Below are positions 43,265 through 51,949 of a stretch of DNA of 64,000 nt, one piece after another (position 1 is the stretch's first letter; each line of letters opens with the position of its first letter). Location of the stretch: the IMG/VR virus record IMGVR_UViG_3300046170_000519, positions 124,001 through 188,000 of that record. One strand, given 5' to 3'. The position numbers and the translations under genes are program-made. Below the pieces are notes generated by a model. It had not been told where the DNA came from. It saw only the letters and a program-made list of their open reading frames with translations, and did no database searches.

Positions 43265-43284
43265 TGTGTAAATTGTTTTTACAC
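43265..43284. promoter_or_regulatory. inverted repeat TGTGTAAA-N5-TTTACACA carrying the GTGTA motif on both strands
   Basis: aatgtgtaaattgtttttacacaaa in the gap upstream of 43239. Confidence 0.5.
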
Positions 43285-43325
43285 AAAAAAATATAGTTTT
43301 GTTTATTTTTTGCTAAATACATAAT

Positions 43326-46160
43326 TTATAAAGTTAAAATACATTTCCCCTCAGATATATCACACTGATAACATTTATCATTATATGAAAGAATGATATT
43401 ATTGCTAGCAAATTCTCCAACAGATGTTGCCCCCATAATAAAACTCATTGAGCTATTATCTGATAGCCATATATCGATAGTAAAAGGAAGGCTGGTTGTT
43501 GATTTAGATATGTTTGGTAAACATACGCTTGAGTTTCCAACTAAACCTACATGAACTCCAGATAAAGTAATAACCTCTGAAGAAACTGGATCTATAATTT
43601 CTTGTATATTTGAGGAAATATCCACAGAATTTTGGCAGCAAGAAGTTGATGTATTGGTTGGGGTGCTTGGAAAAACAATAATATGAGTTAAAGTTCTTGT
43701 TTCAGTCTGAGTTTGGGTCTCTGTTTGAGTTTCAGTCTGAGTTTGTGTTTCTGTCTCCGTCTCTGTTTCAGTCTGAGTTTCAGTTTCTGTTTCGGTAAAT
43801 GTATTTGTCTGAGTTTGAGTCTCTGTTTCAGTTTGAGTCTCTGTCTCTGTTTGAGTCTGAGTACTAGTTTCTGTCTCTGTTTCGGTCTGAGTCTGGGTCT
43901 CTGTTTGAGTTTCAGTCTGAGTTTGTGTTTCTGTCTCTGTCTCTGTTTGAGTCTGAGTACCAGTTTCTGTCTCTGTCTCTGTTTGAGTCTGAGTACCAGT
44001 TTCTGTCTCTGTCTCTGTTTCAGTCTGAGTCTGGGTCTCTGTTTGAGTTTCAGTCTGAGTTTGTGTTTCTGTCTCTGTCTCTGTTTCAGTCTGAGTTTCA
44101 GTTTCTGTTTCGGTAAATGTATTTGTCTGAGTTTGAGTCTCTGTTTCAGTTTGAGTTTCTGTCTCTGTTTCAGTCTGAGTACCAGTTTCTGTCTCTGTCT
44201 CTGTTTCAGTCTGAGTCTGGGTCTCTGTTTGAGTTTCAGTCTGAGTTTGTGTTTCTGTCTCTGTCTCTGTTTCAGTCTGAGTTTCAGTTTCTGTTTCGGT
44301 AAATGTATTTGTCTGAGTTTGAGTTTCTGTCTCTGTTTCAGTCTGAGTACCAGTTTCTGTCTCTGTCTCTGTTTCAGTCTGAGTTTGTGTTTCTGTCTCT
44401 GTCTCTGTTTCAGTCTGAGTTTCAGTTTCTGTTTCAGTTTGGGTTTCTGTCTCTGTTTCAGTCTGAGTACCAGTTTGAGTCTCTGTTTCAGTTTGAGTCT
44501 GAGTCTGGGTCTCTGTTTGAGTTTCAGTCTGAGTTTCAGTTTCTGTTTCGGTAAATGTATTTGTCTGAGTTTGAGTCTCTGTTTCAGTTTGAGTCTCTGT
44601 TTCAGTTTGAGTCTCTGTTTCAGTTTGAGTTTCTGTCTCTGTTTGAGTCTGAGTACCAGTTTCTGTCTCTGTCTCTGTTTCAGTCTGAGTCTGGGTCTCT
44701 GTTTGAGTTTCAGTCTGAGTTTGTGTTTCTGTCTCTGTCTCTGTTTCAGTCTGAGTTTCAGTTTCTGTTTCGGTAAATGTATTTGTCTGAGTTTGAGTCT
44801 CTGTTTCAGTTTGAGTTTCTGTCTCTGTTTCAGTCTGAGTACCAGTTTCTGTCTCTGTCTCTGTTTCAGTCTGAGTTTGTGTTTCTGTCTCTGTCTCTGT
44901 TTCAGTCTGAGTTTCAGTTTCTGTTTCAGTTTGGGTTTCTGTCTCTGTTTCAGTCTGAGTACCAGTTTCTGTTTCTGTCTCTGTTTCAGTCTGAGTCTGG
45001 GTCTGTGTTTGAGTTTCAGTCTGAGTTTCAGTTTCTGTTTCGGTAAATGTATTTGTCTGAGTTTGAGTCTCTGTTTCAGTTTGAGTCTCTGTTTCAGTTT
45101 GAGTCTCTGTTTCAGTTTGAGTTTCTGTCTCTGTTTGAGTCTGAGTACCAGTTTCTGTCTCTGTCTCTGTTTCAGTCTGAGTCTGGGTCTCTGTTTGAGT
45201 TTCAGTCTGAGTTTGTGTTTCTGTCTCTGTCTCTGTTTCAGTCTGAGTTTCAGTTTCTGTTTCGGTAAATGTATTTGTCTGAGTTTGAGTCTCTGTTTCA
45301 GTTTGAGTTTCTGTCTCTGTTTCAGTCTGAGTACCAGTTTCTGTCTCTGTCTCTGTTTCAGTCTGAGTTTGTGTTTCTGTCTCTGTCTCTGTTTCAGTCT
45401 GAGTTTCAGTTTCTGTTTCAGTTTGGGTTTCTGTCTCTGTTTCAGTCTGAGTACCAGTTTCTGTTTCTGTCTCTGTTTCAGTCTGAGTCTGGGTCTCTGT
45501 TTGAGTTTCAGTCTGAGTTTCAGTTTCTGTTTCGGTAAATGTATTTGTCTGAGTTTGAGTCTCTGTTTCAGTCTGAGTACCAGTTTCTGTCTCTGTCTCT
45601 GTTTCAGTCTGAGTCTGGGTCTCTGTTTGAGTCTGAGTCTGGGTCTCTGTTTGGGTCTGAGTACCAGTTTCTGTTTGAGTCTCCGTCTCTGTTTCAGTGA
45701 ATGTATTTGTCTGGGTTTGAGTCTCTGTTTCTGTTTCTGTTTCTGTTTCAGAAATTGTTGGAGATACTGTCGGGGTTCCATCAGCACAACAACCTAAAGA
45801 TAGTCTATATATATCTGTAGAACTTGAATGAGAAAATTGAAATTCAGGAATATCAACAAATCCTTGCCCTGGTTTTAGAATAATTTTATAAGCTTTTCCG
45901 CACTCTAAGGATTTTATTCCAAGGAATGGAATTTGACTTTTAGTAGCTGAACTCGAATAAGAAGACTCTGAAACTAAATCTTCAAAAGGATGTATAGCAT
46001 AATAAATTTCTGGATGATTGTGATCGTTGTTATTAGAATCTCCCGCATCAATAGTTACTAAATCAAAAGGGATACATTTCGCAGCACTTTCTTCAGGACA
46101 AGTCCCATACCACCCATAGTAAATTAGGTAATTGGATTGATTTTGATCTAAGCGAGCCAT
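43326..46160 (-). CDS. 944-aa Thr-X stalk protein, paralog of the 508-aa protein N-terminus
   Basis: WYGTCP...LECGKAYKIIL N-terminal domain, ~690-aa TETQ/TGT/TNTF stalk, ~105-aa CC-initiated C-terminal domain. Confidence 0.9.
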   Translation of the reverse strand: MARLDQNQSNYLIYYGWYGTCPEESAAKCIPFDLVTIDAGDSNNNDHNHPEIYYAIHPFEDLVSESSYSSSATKSQIPFLGIKSLECGKAYKIILKPGQGFVDIPEFQFSHSSSTDIYRLSLGCCADGTPTVSPTISETETETETETQTQTNTFTETETETQTETGTQTQTETQTQTQTETQTQTETETETETGTQTETETQTQTNTFTETETETQTETQTETQTQTETETETETGTQTETETETQTETETETQTETETETETQTQTETETETETGTQTETETETQTETETQTQTNTFTETETETQTETETETETQTQTETQTETQTQTETETETETGTQTQTETETQTETETQTETETQTETETQTQTNTFTETETETQTETQTQTQTQTETETETETGTQTETETETQTETETETQTETETETETQTQTETETETETGTQTETETETQTETETQTQTNTFTETETETQTETETETETQTQTETQTETQTQTETETETETGTQTQTETETQTETETQTETETQTETETQTQTNTFTETETETQTETQTETQTQTQTETETQTGTQTETETETQTETETETQTETETETETQTQTETETETETGTQTETETETQTQTNTFTETETETQTETETETETQTQTETQTETQTQTETETETETGTQTETETETQTETETQTQTNTFTETETETQTETETETETQTQTETQTETQTQTETETETETGTQTQTETETETGTQTQTETETETQTQTETQTETQTQTETETETSTQTQTETETQTETETQTQTNTFTETETETQTETETETETQTQTETQTETQTQTETRTLTHIIVFPSTPTNTSTSCCQNSVDISSNIQEIIDPVSSEVITLSGVHVGLVGNSSVCLPNISKSTTSLPFTIDIWLSDNSSMSFIMGATSVGEFASNNIILSYNDKCYQCDISEGKCILTL
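43697..45750 (-). repeat. Thr-X coding repeat with 492-bp higher-order unit
   Basis: cggtaaatgtatttg marker at 44117, 44303, 44555, 44777, 45047, 45269, 45539 (spacing 186, 252, 222, 270, 222, 270). Confidence 0.9.
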
Positions 46161-46161
46161 G

Positions 46162-48831
46162 TTAACTTATTGTTATAGAATAAACACCTCCGTTAAGATT
46201 TACGGTTTGACCCTCTAGCATCTTTACCATGTCTTCTACACTGGTGAATTCTGGGTAATATGTATCTTTAGGTTGGAATGGGGAGTAATATGATTTGAGC
46301 ATCATACCTTCAACATACAAATGGTTTTCTACCGAAATAACCGTTTCTGCTTGTACGAATCTAGGGCCTGAAGAAAAGAAAGAATTCCATTGTCCAGGAT
46401 CGCTAGTCCATTCTAGTATAAAAGTCGAATCTGGTACAAGATAACGTACATATAAACCACCAGCATCTTCTTCAACAGTAAGACCTGATAGTTTTGTTAC
46501 CATGTCTTCTACACTAGCGAATTCTGAATAATATGTATCTTTAGGTTGGAATGGGGAATAATATGATTTGAGCATCATACCTTCAACATACAAATGGTTT
46601 TCTACCGAAATAACCGTTCCTGCTTGTACGAATCTAGGGCCTGAGGAAAAGAAAGAATTCCATTGTCCAGGATCGCTAGTCCATTCTAAATAAAACTTTT
46701 TCAATCTAGGAGCTGGCGTTTCAGTTTCTGTTTGAGTAAATGTTTCGGTAGTTGTTGGTGTTGGGATGATGCTGTTTACATTAACTAATATAATTGTGCT
46801 CTGATTAGGGCCTGTAAGCTCTCCTATCCAGCATTCTCCTCCATAAGTATATTTTATTGAACCATTAGAAACACCAAATGAAAGAGTTACATATCCTGTA
46901 AAGGTTGGATTTTGAACAGAGTCTTGAATGAAATAAGATCTATTCGTTGTATCTGATACATCTAAATGGTAAAAGCAAAGAGTGCCTCCATTATCAAAAC
47001 CATTTACATTAAAACCTGTATCCGCCGAAAATTGTGATCCCGTAGTTCTTGCTTGAATATCCCCAAACCCATCACAGCAATTAGGCTCAGAAGTTTGTGT
47101 TTCTGTTTCAGTCCCTGTTTGGGTTAAAGTAAATGAGCCTGTCTCTGTTTGTGTTTCTGTATCAGTCTGAGTTTGCGTTTCTGTCTCAGTTTGGGTTTGT
47201 GTTTCTGTTTCGGTCTGAGTCTGAGTATGAGTTTCTGTTTCAGTCTGAGTCTGAGTGCCAGTTTCTGTTTCAGTCTCTGTATCAGTCTGAGTTTGCGTTT
47301 CTGTCTCAGTTTGGGTTTGTGTTTCTGTTTCGGTCTGAGTGTGAGTATGAGTTTTTGTTTCAGTCTGAGTCTGAGTGCCAGTTTCTGTTTCAGTCTCTGT
47401 AGTCGTCTGAGTTTCTGTCTCTGTCTCAGTCTGGGTTTGCGTTTCTGTCTCAGTTTGAGTTTGCGTTTCTGTTTCTGTCTCAGTTTGAGTTTGTGTTTCT
47501 GTCTCGGTCTGAGTCTGAGTTTGTGTTTCAGTCTGAGTCTGAGTTTCTGTTTCTGTTTGGGTAAATGTATTTGTCTGAGTTTGAGTATCTGTTTGGGTCT
47601 GAGTGCCAGTTTCTGTTTCAGTCTCTGTAGTCGTCTGAGTTTCTGTCCCTGTCTCAGTCTGAGTTTGCGTTTCTGTCTCAGTTTGGGTTTGTGTTTCTGT
47701 TTCAGTCTGAGTCTGAGTTTGTGTTTCTGTATCTGTATGGGTCTGAGTTTCTGTCTCGGTCTGAGTCTGAGTCTCTGTTTGAGTCTGAGTACCAGTTTCT
47801 GTTTCAGTAAATGTGTTTGTCTGAGTTTCTGTCTCGGTTTGAGTTTGCGTTTCTGTTTCTGTCTCGGTTTGAGTTTGCGTTTCTGTTTCAGTCTGAGTCT
47901 GAGTTTGTGTTTCTGTTTCAGTCTGAGTCTGAGTTTCTGTTTCTGTTTGGGTAAATGTATTTGTCTGAGTTTGAGTATCTGTTTGGGTCTGAGTGCCAGT
48001 TTCTGTCTCTGTTTCTGTTTCGGTCTGAGTCTGAGTTTCTGTATCTGTTTCCGTAAATGTATTTGTCTGAGTTTGAGTTTCTGTCTCTGTTTGGGTTTGG
48101 GTTTCGGTTTGGGTAAAAGAACCTGTTTCAGTTTTTGTTTCTGTTCTTGTATTAGTAAATGTATTAGTATAAGTTTGGCTGTTTGTCGCAGTTTCGGTTT
48201 GGGTATCTGTATTTGTTTTAGTATGAGTTTGAGTCTCTGTTTCTGTATTAGTATCAGTTATTGTTGAAGTTTGAGTTGTTGTGTAAGACCCTGTTTCGGT
48301 TTGAGTTGGTGTTTCAGTTTCTGTTCTGGTTTGAGTTTGCGTGAATGAACCTGTTTCGGTTTGAGTCTCTGTAAATGAACCTGTTTCGGTTTCAGTTTCT
48401 GTATTTGAGGGAGTTTCCGTCGGGTTTGTTTCTGTTATAGTTGGTGATTTAGGTATTGAGTCTATTAGGAAATCAGGTTTATATATAGGATTATGGCAAT
48501 GAGAAACAGTAAAATCACAACTAGAACTATTTACTTGAATTTTTAAAAAATTAAAATTAAAAATTTGTTGATAATTTAATGTGTCTGAAGATTTTGAAGA
48601 AACCTCAAGGCTATAAATCTTTACCCAAGATTTTAAATTGATATCATTTGATACATATATCGATATATCACTAGGAGAATCAGATTTATTATTTAAAAAA
48701 AGTGTAAAAGAATGAGTTAAATGCTTAGATATATCATAGTTTATAGACTCCGAAGAGCCTGAATCAGTAGGAAGCAATGAACCCGAAAATTCATAGCTAA
48801 CTGATAGTGTTTTATTTAACTCAGACCTCAT
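46162..48831 (-). CDS. 889-aa Thr-X stalk protein with beta-rich N-domain, CC domain and duplicated C-terminal domain
   Basis: Intact ORF; stalk at ~47095-48420; two 91-aa C-terminal repeats. Confidence 0.9.
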   Translation of the reverse strand: MRSELNKTLSVSYEFSGSLLPTDSGSSESINYDISKHLTHSFTLFLNNKSDSPSDISIYVSNDINLKSWVKIYSLEVSSKSSDTLNYQQIFNFNFLKIQVNSSSCDFTVSHCHNPIYKPDFLIDSIPKSPTITETNPTETPSNTETETETGSFTETQTETGSFTQTQTRTETETPTQTETGSYTTTQTSTITDTNTETETQTHTKTNTDTQTETATNSQTYTNTFTNTRTETKTETGSFTQTETQTQTETETQTQTNTFTETDTETQTQTETETETETGTQTQTDTQTQTNTFTQTETETQTQTETETQTQTQTETETQTQTETETETQTQTETETQTNTFTETETGTQTQTETQTQTETETQTHTDTETQTQTQTETETQTQTETETQTQTETGTETQTTTETETETGTQTQTDTQTQTNTFTQTETETQTQTETQTQTQTETETQTQTETETETQTQTETETQTQTETETETQTTTETETETGTQTQTETKTHTHTQTETETQTQTETETQTQTDTETETETGTQTQTETETHTQTQTETETQTQTETETQTQTDTETQTETGSFTLTQTGTETETQTSEPNCCDGFGDIQARTTGSQFSADTGFNVNGFDNGGTLCFYHLDVSDTTNRSYFIQDSVQNPTFTGYVTLSFGVSNGSIKYTYGGECWIGELTGPNQSTIILVNVNSIIPTPTTTETFTQTETETPAPRLKKFYLEWTSDPGQWNSFFSSGPRFVQAGTVISVENHLYVEGMMLKSYYSPFQPKDTYYSEFASVEDMVTKLSGLTVEEDAGGLYVRYLVPDSTFILEWTSDPGQWNSFFSSGPRFVQAETVISVENHLYVEGMMLKSYYSPFQPKDTYYPEFTSVEDMVKMLEGQTVNLNGGVYSITIS
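46226..46688 (-). repeat. direct repeat, ~190 bp, offset 273 bp (LEWTSDPGQW...VEDMV twice)
   Basis: 46228-46415 versus 46501-46688 differ at 7 positions, all transitions. Confidence 0.92.
47095..48420 (-). repeat. Thr-X coding repeat
   Basis: Low-complexity in-frame repeat including a 120-bp duplication at 47161/47281. Confidence 0.9.
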
Positions 48832-48841
48832 AATAAACTAA

Positions 48842-48870
48842 TAAAAGTATTTTACACGAAAATACTTTTA
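48842..48870 (-). terminator. 12-bp perfect hairpin with the GTGT(A) motif in its loop; candidate terminator and/or late promoter
   Basis: TAAAAGTATTTT-CGTGT-AAAATACTTTTA followed by TTAGTTT on the minus strand, between the fcl-like stop and the 48831 ATG. Confidence 0.45.
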
Positions 48871-48906
48871 GAAGCCGATTTTATATAAAAAAAGTTACAT
48901 TTTAGA

Positions 48907-49839
48907 TTACTCTCTAAGGTCTGCTGATGATTTATTACTCAAATACCAGTTTATTGTTTGCTCAAGACCTTCCTCAAAAGAAATGGGATGAAAGTCTGGG
49001 AAAATAATTTTCATTTTTGAGACATCTAACACTTTTCTTTGTACTCCATTTGGTTTTGATGTATCCCATTTCAAATCTCCTTTGTATTTTATAAATTTAG
49101 CAGTTAAATCAGCAAGTTCTTTGATTGATGTCCCAATACCTGTCCCGATGTTTACAGGATCTAGATCGTGATCAACATTTACAGACATAGAAATAACCTT
49201 GGCAGCATCCTTAACGTGTAAAAATTCTCTAACAGGACTTCCATCACCCCAATTAGTAATTTCGGGTTCATTTATTTGATCAGAAAACCTTTTTATTAAA
49301 GCTGATACTACATGAGCTCGATATTCTTGAAATACATCGTGTTCTCCGTATAAGTTAGTAAGCACTAGGTGGTTTCCTAATAATCCATATTGTTGATAAT
49401 AAGATTTTTGAGCTATTAATTGAATTTTTTTTGAAGAGCCGTAGCCGATAACAGAATCGTGCATGGGGCCATTCCAAAAATCTTTTTCTTTCATATCTCC
49501 TTCGACGTGACCTGGGTAAGCACAGGCAGAACCTACAGCAACAACTTTATTAACATCGTTTTTTGCCGCAGCCTCATAAATATTAGCTGTCATTAAAGTG
49601 TTATTCCTGAAGAGGTTAGCGGGCTCTTCGACATTAATGTTTAATCCGCCATAATATGCAGCCGAATGAATTATGACTTCTGGCTTATGTTTTTTAATAT
49701 AATTAAAAGTTGAATTATAATCATAAAGATTAAACTCAGAGCTTCTTGGAGCAAGGACTTCGAATTTTTTTTCGCACTCGCTAACGATTTGCCTCCCCAG
49801 AAAACCTGAACCGCCTGTAACTAATATTTTTTTATACAT
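48907..49839 (-). CDS. fcl: GDP-L-fucose synthase-like extended SDR
   Basis: TGGSGFLG, HSAAYYGGL, GSACAYP, YGSSK, NLYG, WGDGSPVREFLHVKD, DTSKPNG. Confidence 0.85.
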   Translation of the reverse strand: MYKKILVTGGSGFLGRQIVSECEKKFEVLAPRSSEFNLYDYNSTFNYIKKHKPEVIIHSAAYYGGLNINVEEPANLFRNNTLMTANIYEAAAKNDVNKVVAVGSACAYPGHVEGDMKEKDFWNGPMHDSVIGYGSSKKIQLIAQKSYYQQYGLLGNHLVLTNLYGEHDVFQEYRAHVVSALIKRFSDQINEPEITNWGDGSPVREFLHVKDAAKVISMSVNVDHDLDPVNIGTGIGTSIKELADLTAKFIKYKGDLKWDTSKPNGVQRKVLDVSKMKIIFPDFHPISFEEGLEQTINWYLSNKSSADLRE

Positions 49840-50764
49840 TTTTATATTTACTCCTACTATCTAAAGCTGGAACAGCTTGAATTAATTCGTTAATACCTTC
49901 TTCTATAGTTTTTTTAATATTAAATCCTATATTATTTATTTTCTTATAAGACACTTCATAATTCCTTTTATCTTCATCTTCTCCAAACTCCGCAAAATGA
50001 AGATAGTAATCTACTTTGTCTTTTATCATCAAAGCTATTTCTTCTTTACTAAAGTTATTAAAATCTCCCCCAACATTATAAGTATTATTCTTCATAATAT
50101 CATAATTCTCTATAGCATAAACTATACTATCAGCCATATCATCTACATGAATAAAAGTTCTTTTGAAGCTTTTTTCAAACATAACAAGAGTTTTGTTATT
50201 AATAGCCTGATAGACAAAATCATTAATAAGAAGATCTAATCTCATCCTTGGAGACAAACCAAAAGCTGTGGCAAAACGATAAGCTACGGCACCATTTTCA
50301 TTTAAAAAAATATTTTCAGCTTCAGTTTTAGTTGTTCCATATAAACTTATAGGGTTTAAAGGAGTTTCTTCAGTGCAAATTTCATTTTCAATAACTCCAT
50401 AGTTAGACCCTGTTGAAGCATATACAGTTCCTTGATCTTTGGATAATAAGGACGATATTAATTTAGAAGAGTCTACGTTAACTGTTTTTGCTAAATCTGG
50501 ATTCTTTCTGCAAGCTGGAAACCCAACAATAGCCGCCAAATGTATAACAAATTCAAAGTTATGAACTAAGTTTTTCATTAAAGTTTCATCTCTAGCATCT
50601 CCTTTGATGAATTTAAACTTTTTATTTTTAAAAAAGGGGATAATTGTATGACCATTGTCGTACATCAAATTATCGACAACACAGACCTTAAACCCTTTTT
50701 CTAATAATTTGGGAACTAAAACAGAACCCACGTATCCAGCACCTCCAGTAACTAAAATTTTCAT
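49832..50764 (-). CDS. NAD-dependent epimerase/dehydratase (extended SDR)
   Basis: TGGAGYVGS, HLAAIVG, YGTTK catalytic motif. Confidence 0.9.
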   Translation of the reverse strand: MKILVTGGAGYVGSVLVPKLLEKGFKVCVVDNLMYDNGHTIIPFFKNKKFKFIKGDARDETLMKNLVHNFEFVIHLAAIVGFPACRKNPDLAKTVNVDSSKLISSLLSKDQGTVYASTGSNYGVIENEICTEETPLNPISLYGTTKTEAENIFLNENGAVAYRFATAFGLSPRMRLDLLINDFVYQAINNKTLVMFEKSFKRTFIHVDDMADSIVYAIENYDIMKNNTYNVGGDFNNFSKEEIALMIKDKVDYYLHFAEFGEDEDKRNYEVSYKKINNIGFNIKKTIEEGINELIQAVPALDSRSKYKNV

Positions 50765-50810
50765 AATATGTTTATTATGAATAGTAAATTACTTTTACTA
50801 AAAATCTAAA

Positions 50811-51587
50811 CTAATAATTAAAAAAATTACTTTTATAAAGAGGTGAATTTAGTTTTTCATCTAAATTAGAGCTATGATACTGGTGGTAGAAGTCGAAATT
50901 TAACTTTAGACCTAAATTGTAAACAGGGTTATGAGCGCATAAAGAATTTATAAAATTGATATCAATGTATTTTTTAAATATTAAATCTTCATTCAAAAAA
51001 CTTCTTTGATTGATAAGAGATTTATTGAAAATAAATATTCCTCTAGCTGAACCAAAGAAAGGGCAAATATTATTTCTATAAAAACAATTATAGGCATAGT
51101 GAGGTTGATTAATTACAAACTCATTTATGTCGTCACTTAAAACATGTTTTATTGGATCTTTCGATTGTAATTCGTCTAAAGATCTAGATTGGGAATAAGC
51201 GAGATTAGGTAGCTTGCTCGAAGAAAAAAACCAGTCAAAGAAAGATATTCCAGGAATTGTGTCTTGGTCAATTTTTAATATAAAATTAAAAGAGCAGTGA
51301 TCTATGCAAAAGTTTAATGCATGTGGTATTGAAAAAACTGACTCTTTACAAAATTTTTTTGAAGGAGTTAATATTTTAATAAAATCTTTTTTTTTGTATA
51401 GATTAATTGATTCAATAATAGGAGTTTCTGAGAAGTAGTCACAAACTATAATCTCTACTCGATTGATTAAATTTAATTTTTCTATAAAAAAAGTAATACA
51501 ATTTAATGTATTTGTTAATCTTTTAAGCGAAGATCCTTTATAGAAATCATTTCTTGAGCAAAGAATAATGCTTAATTTTTCGTTCAT
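50811..51587 (-). CDS. glycosyltransferase family 2-like protein
   Basis: LSIILCSRND, EIIVCDY, LKIDQDTI (DxD) GT-A pattern. Confidence 0.65.
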   Translation of the reverse strand: MNEKLSIILCSRNDFYKGSSLKRLTNTLNCITFFIEKLNLINRVEIIVCDYFSETPIIESINLYKKKDFIKILTPSKKFCKESVFSIPHALNFCIDHCSFNFILKIDQDTIPGISFFDWFFSSSKLPNLAYSQSRSLDELQSKDPIKHVLSDDINEFVINQPHYAYNCFYRNNICPFFGSARGIFIFNKSLINQRSFLNEDLIFKKYIDINFINSLCAHNPVYNLGLKLNFDFYHQYHSSNLDEKLNSPLYKSNFFNY

Positions 51588-51589
51588 GA

Positions 51590-51949
51590 TTAAATAAAGT
51601 TTGATATATGATCACTACTAAAAGAAAAATAAAAAGAATCTTCATTTAAATAGTAAGTATTTTTGAAATTAAATGGCAAACTTTTATCACTTTTATAAAT
51701 TATAACATGATTCAGGAGATTAACAGGTAATTCATAATCTTTAGATGATCTTATATTTTTAAAAATTTTTTTTAAAAAAACCTCATGATCAGAACTTAAA
51801 CTTATTAAATAAAAAATAGAATTATTTAATAGCAAGCTACATTTGTTCATTTGAGCTACTAAAGTATTAGTTAAATGAATAGGTAATTGAGGTGCATAAA
51901 TACCCACACAAAATTTATTGTTTTTTTTAATTGAATTATATACGCTCAA
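51590..51949 (-). CDS. hypothetical protein
   Basis: 119-aa ORF overlapping its neighbours in the sugar operon. Confidence 0.65.
   Translation of the reverse strand: MSVYNSIKKNNKFCVGIYAPQLPIHLTNTLVAQMNKCSLLLNNSIFYLISLSSDHEVFLKKIFKNIRSSKDYELPVNLLNHVIIYKSDKSLPFNFKNTYYLNEDSFYFSFSSDHISNFI

Noticed and set aside
46226-46688. Diversity-generating retroelement TR/VR pair
   Set aside because: Both copies are in the same ORF. The differences are transitions not confined to adenines of one copy, and no reverse transcriptase is present in the window.
43688-48267. Alternative-frame ORFs (699-aa KLRLKQ-type, 694-aa and 372-aa LSLCF-type)
   Set aside because: Shadow frames of the 944-aa and 889-aa stalks.
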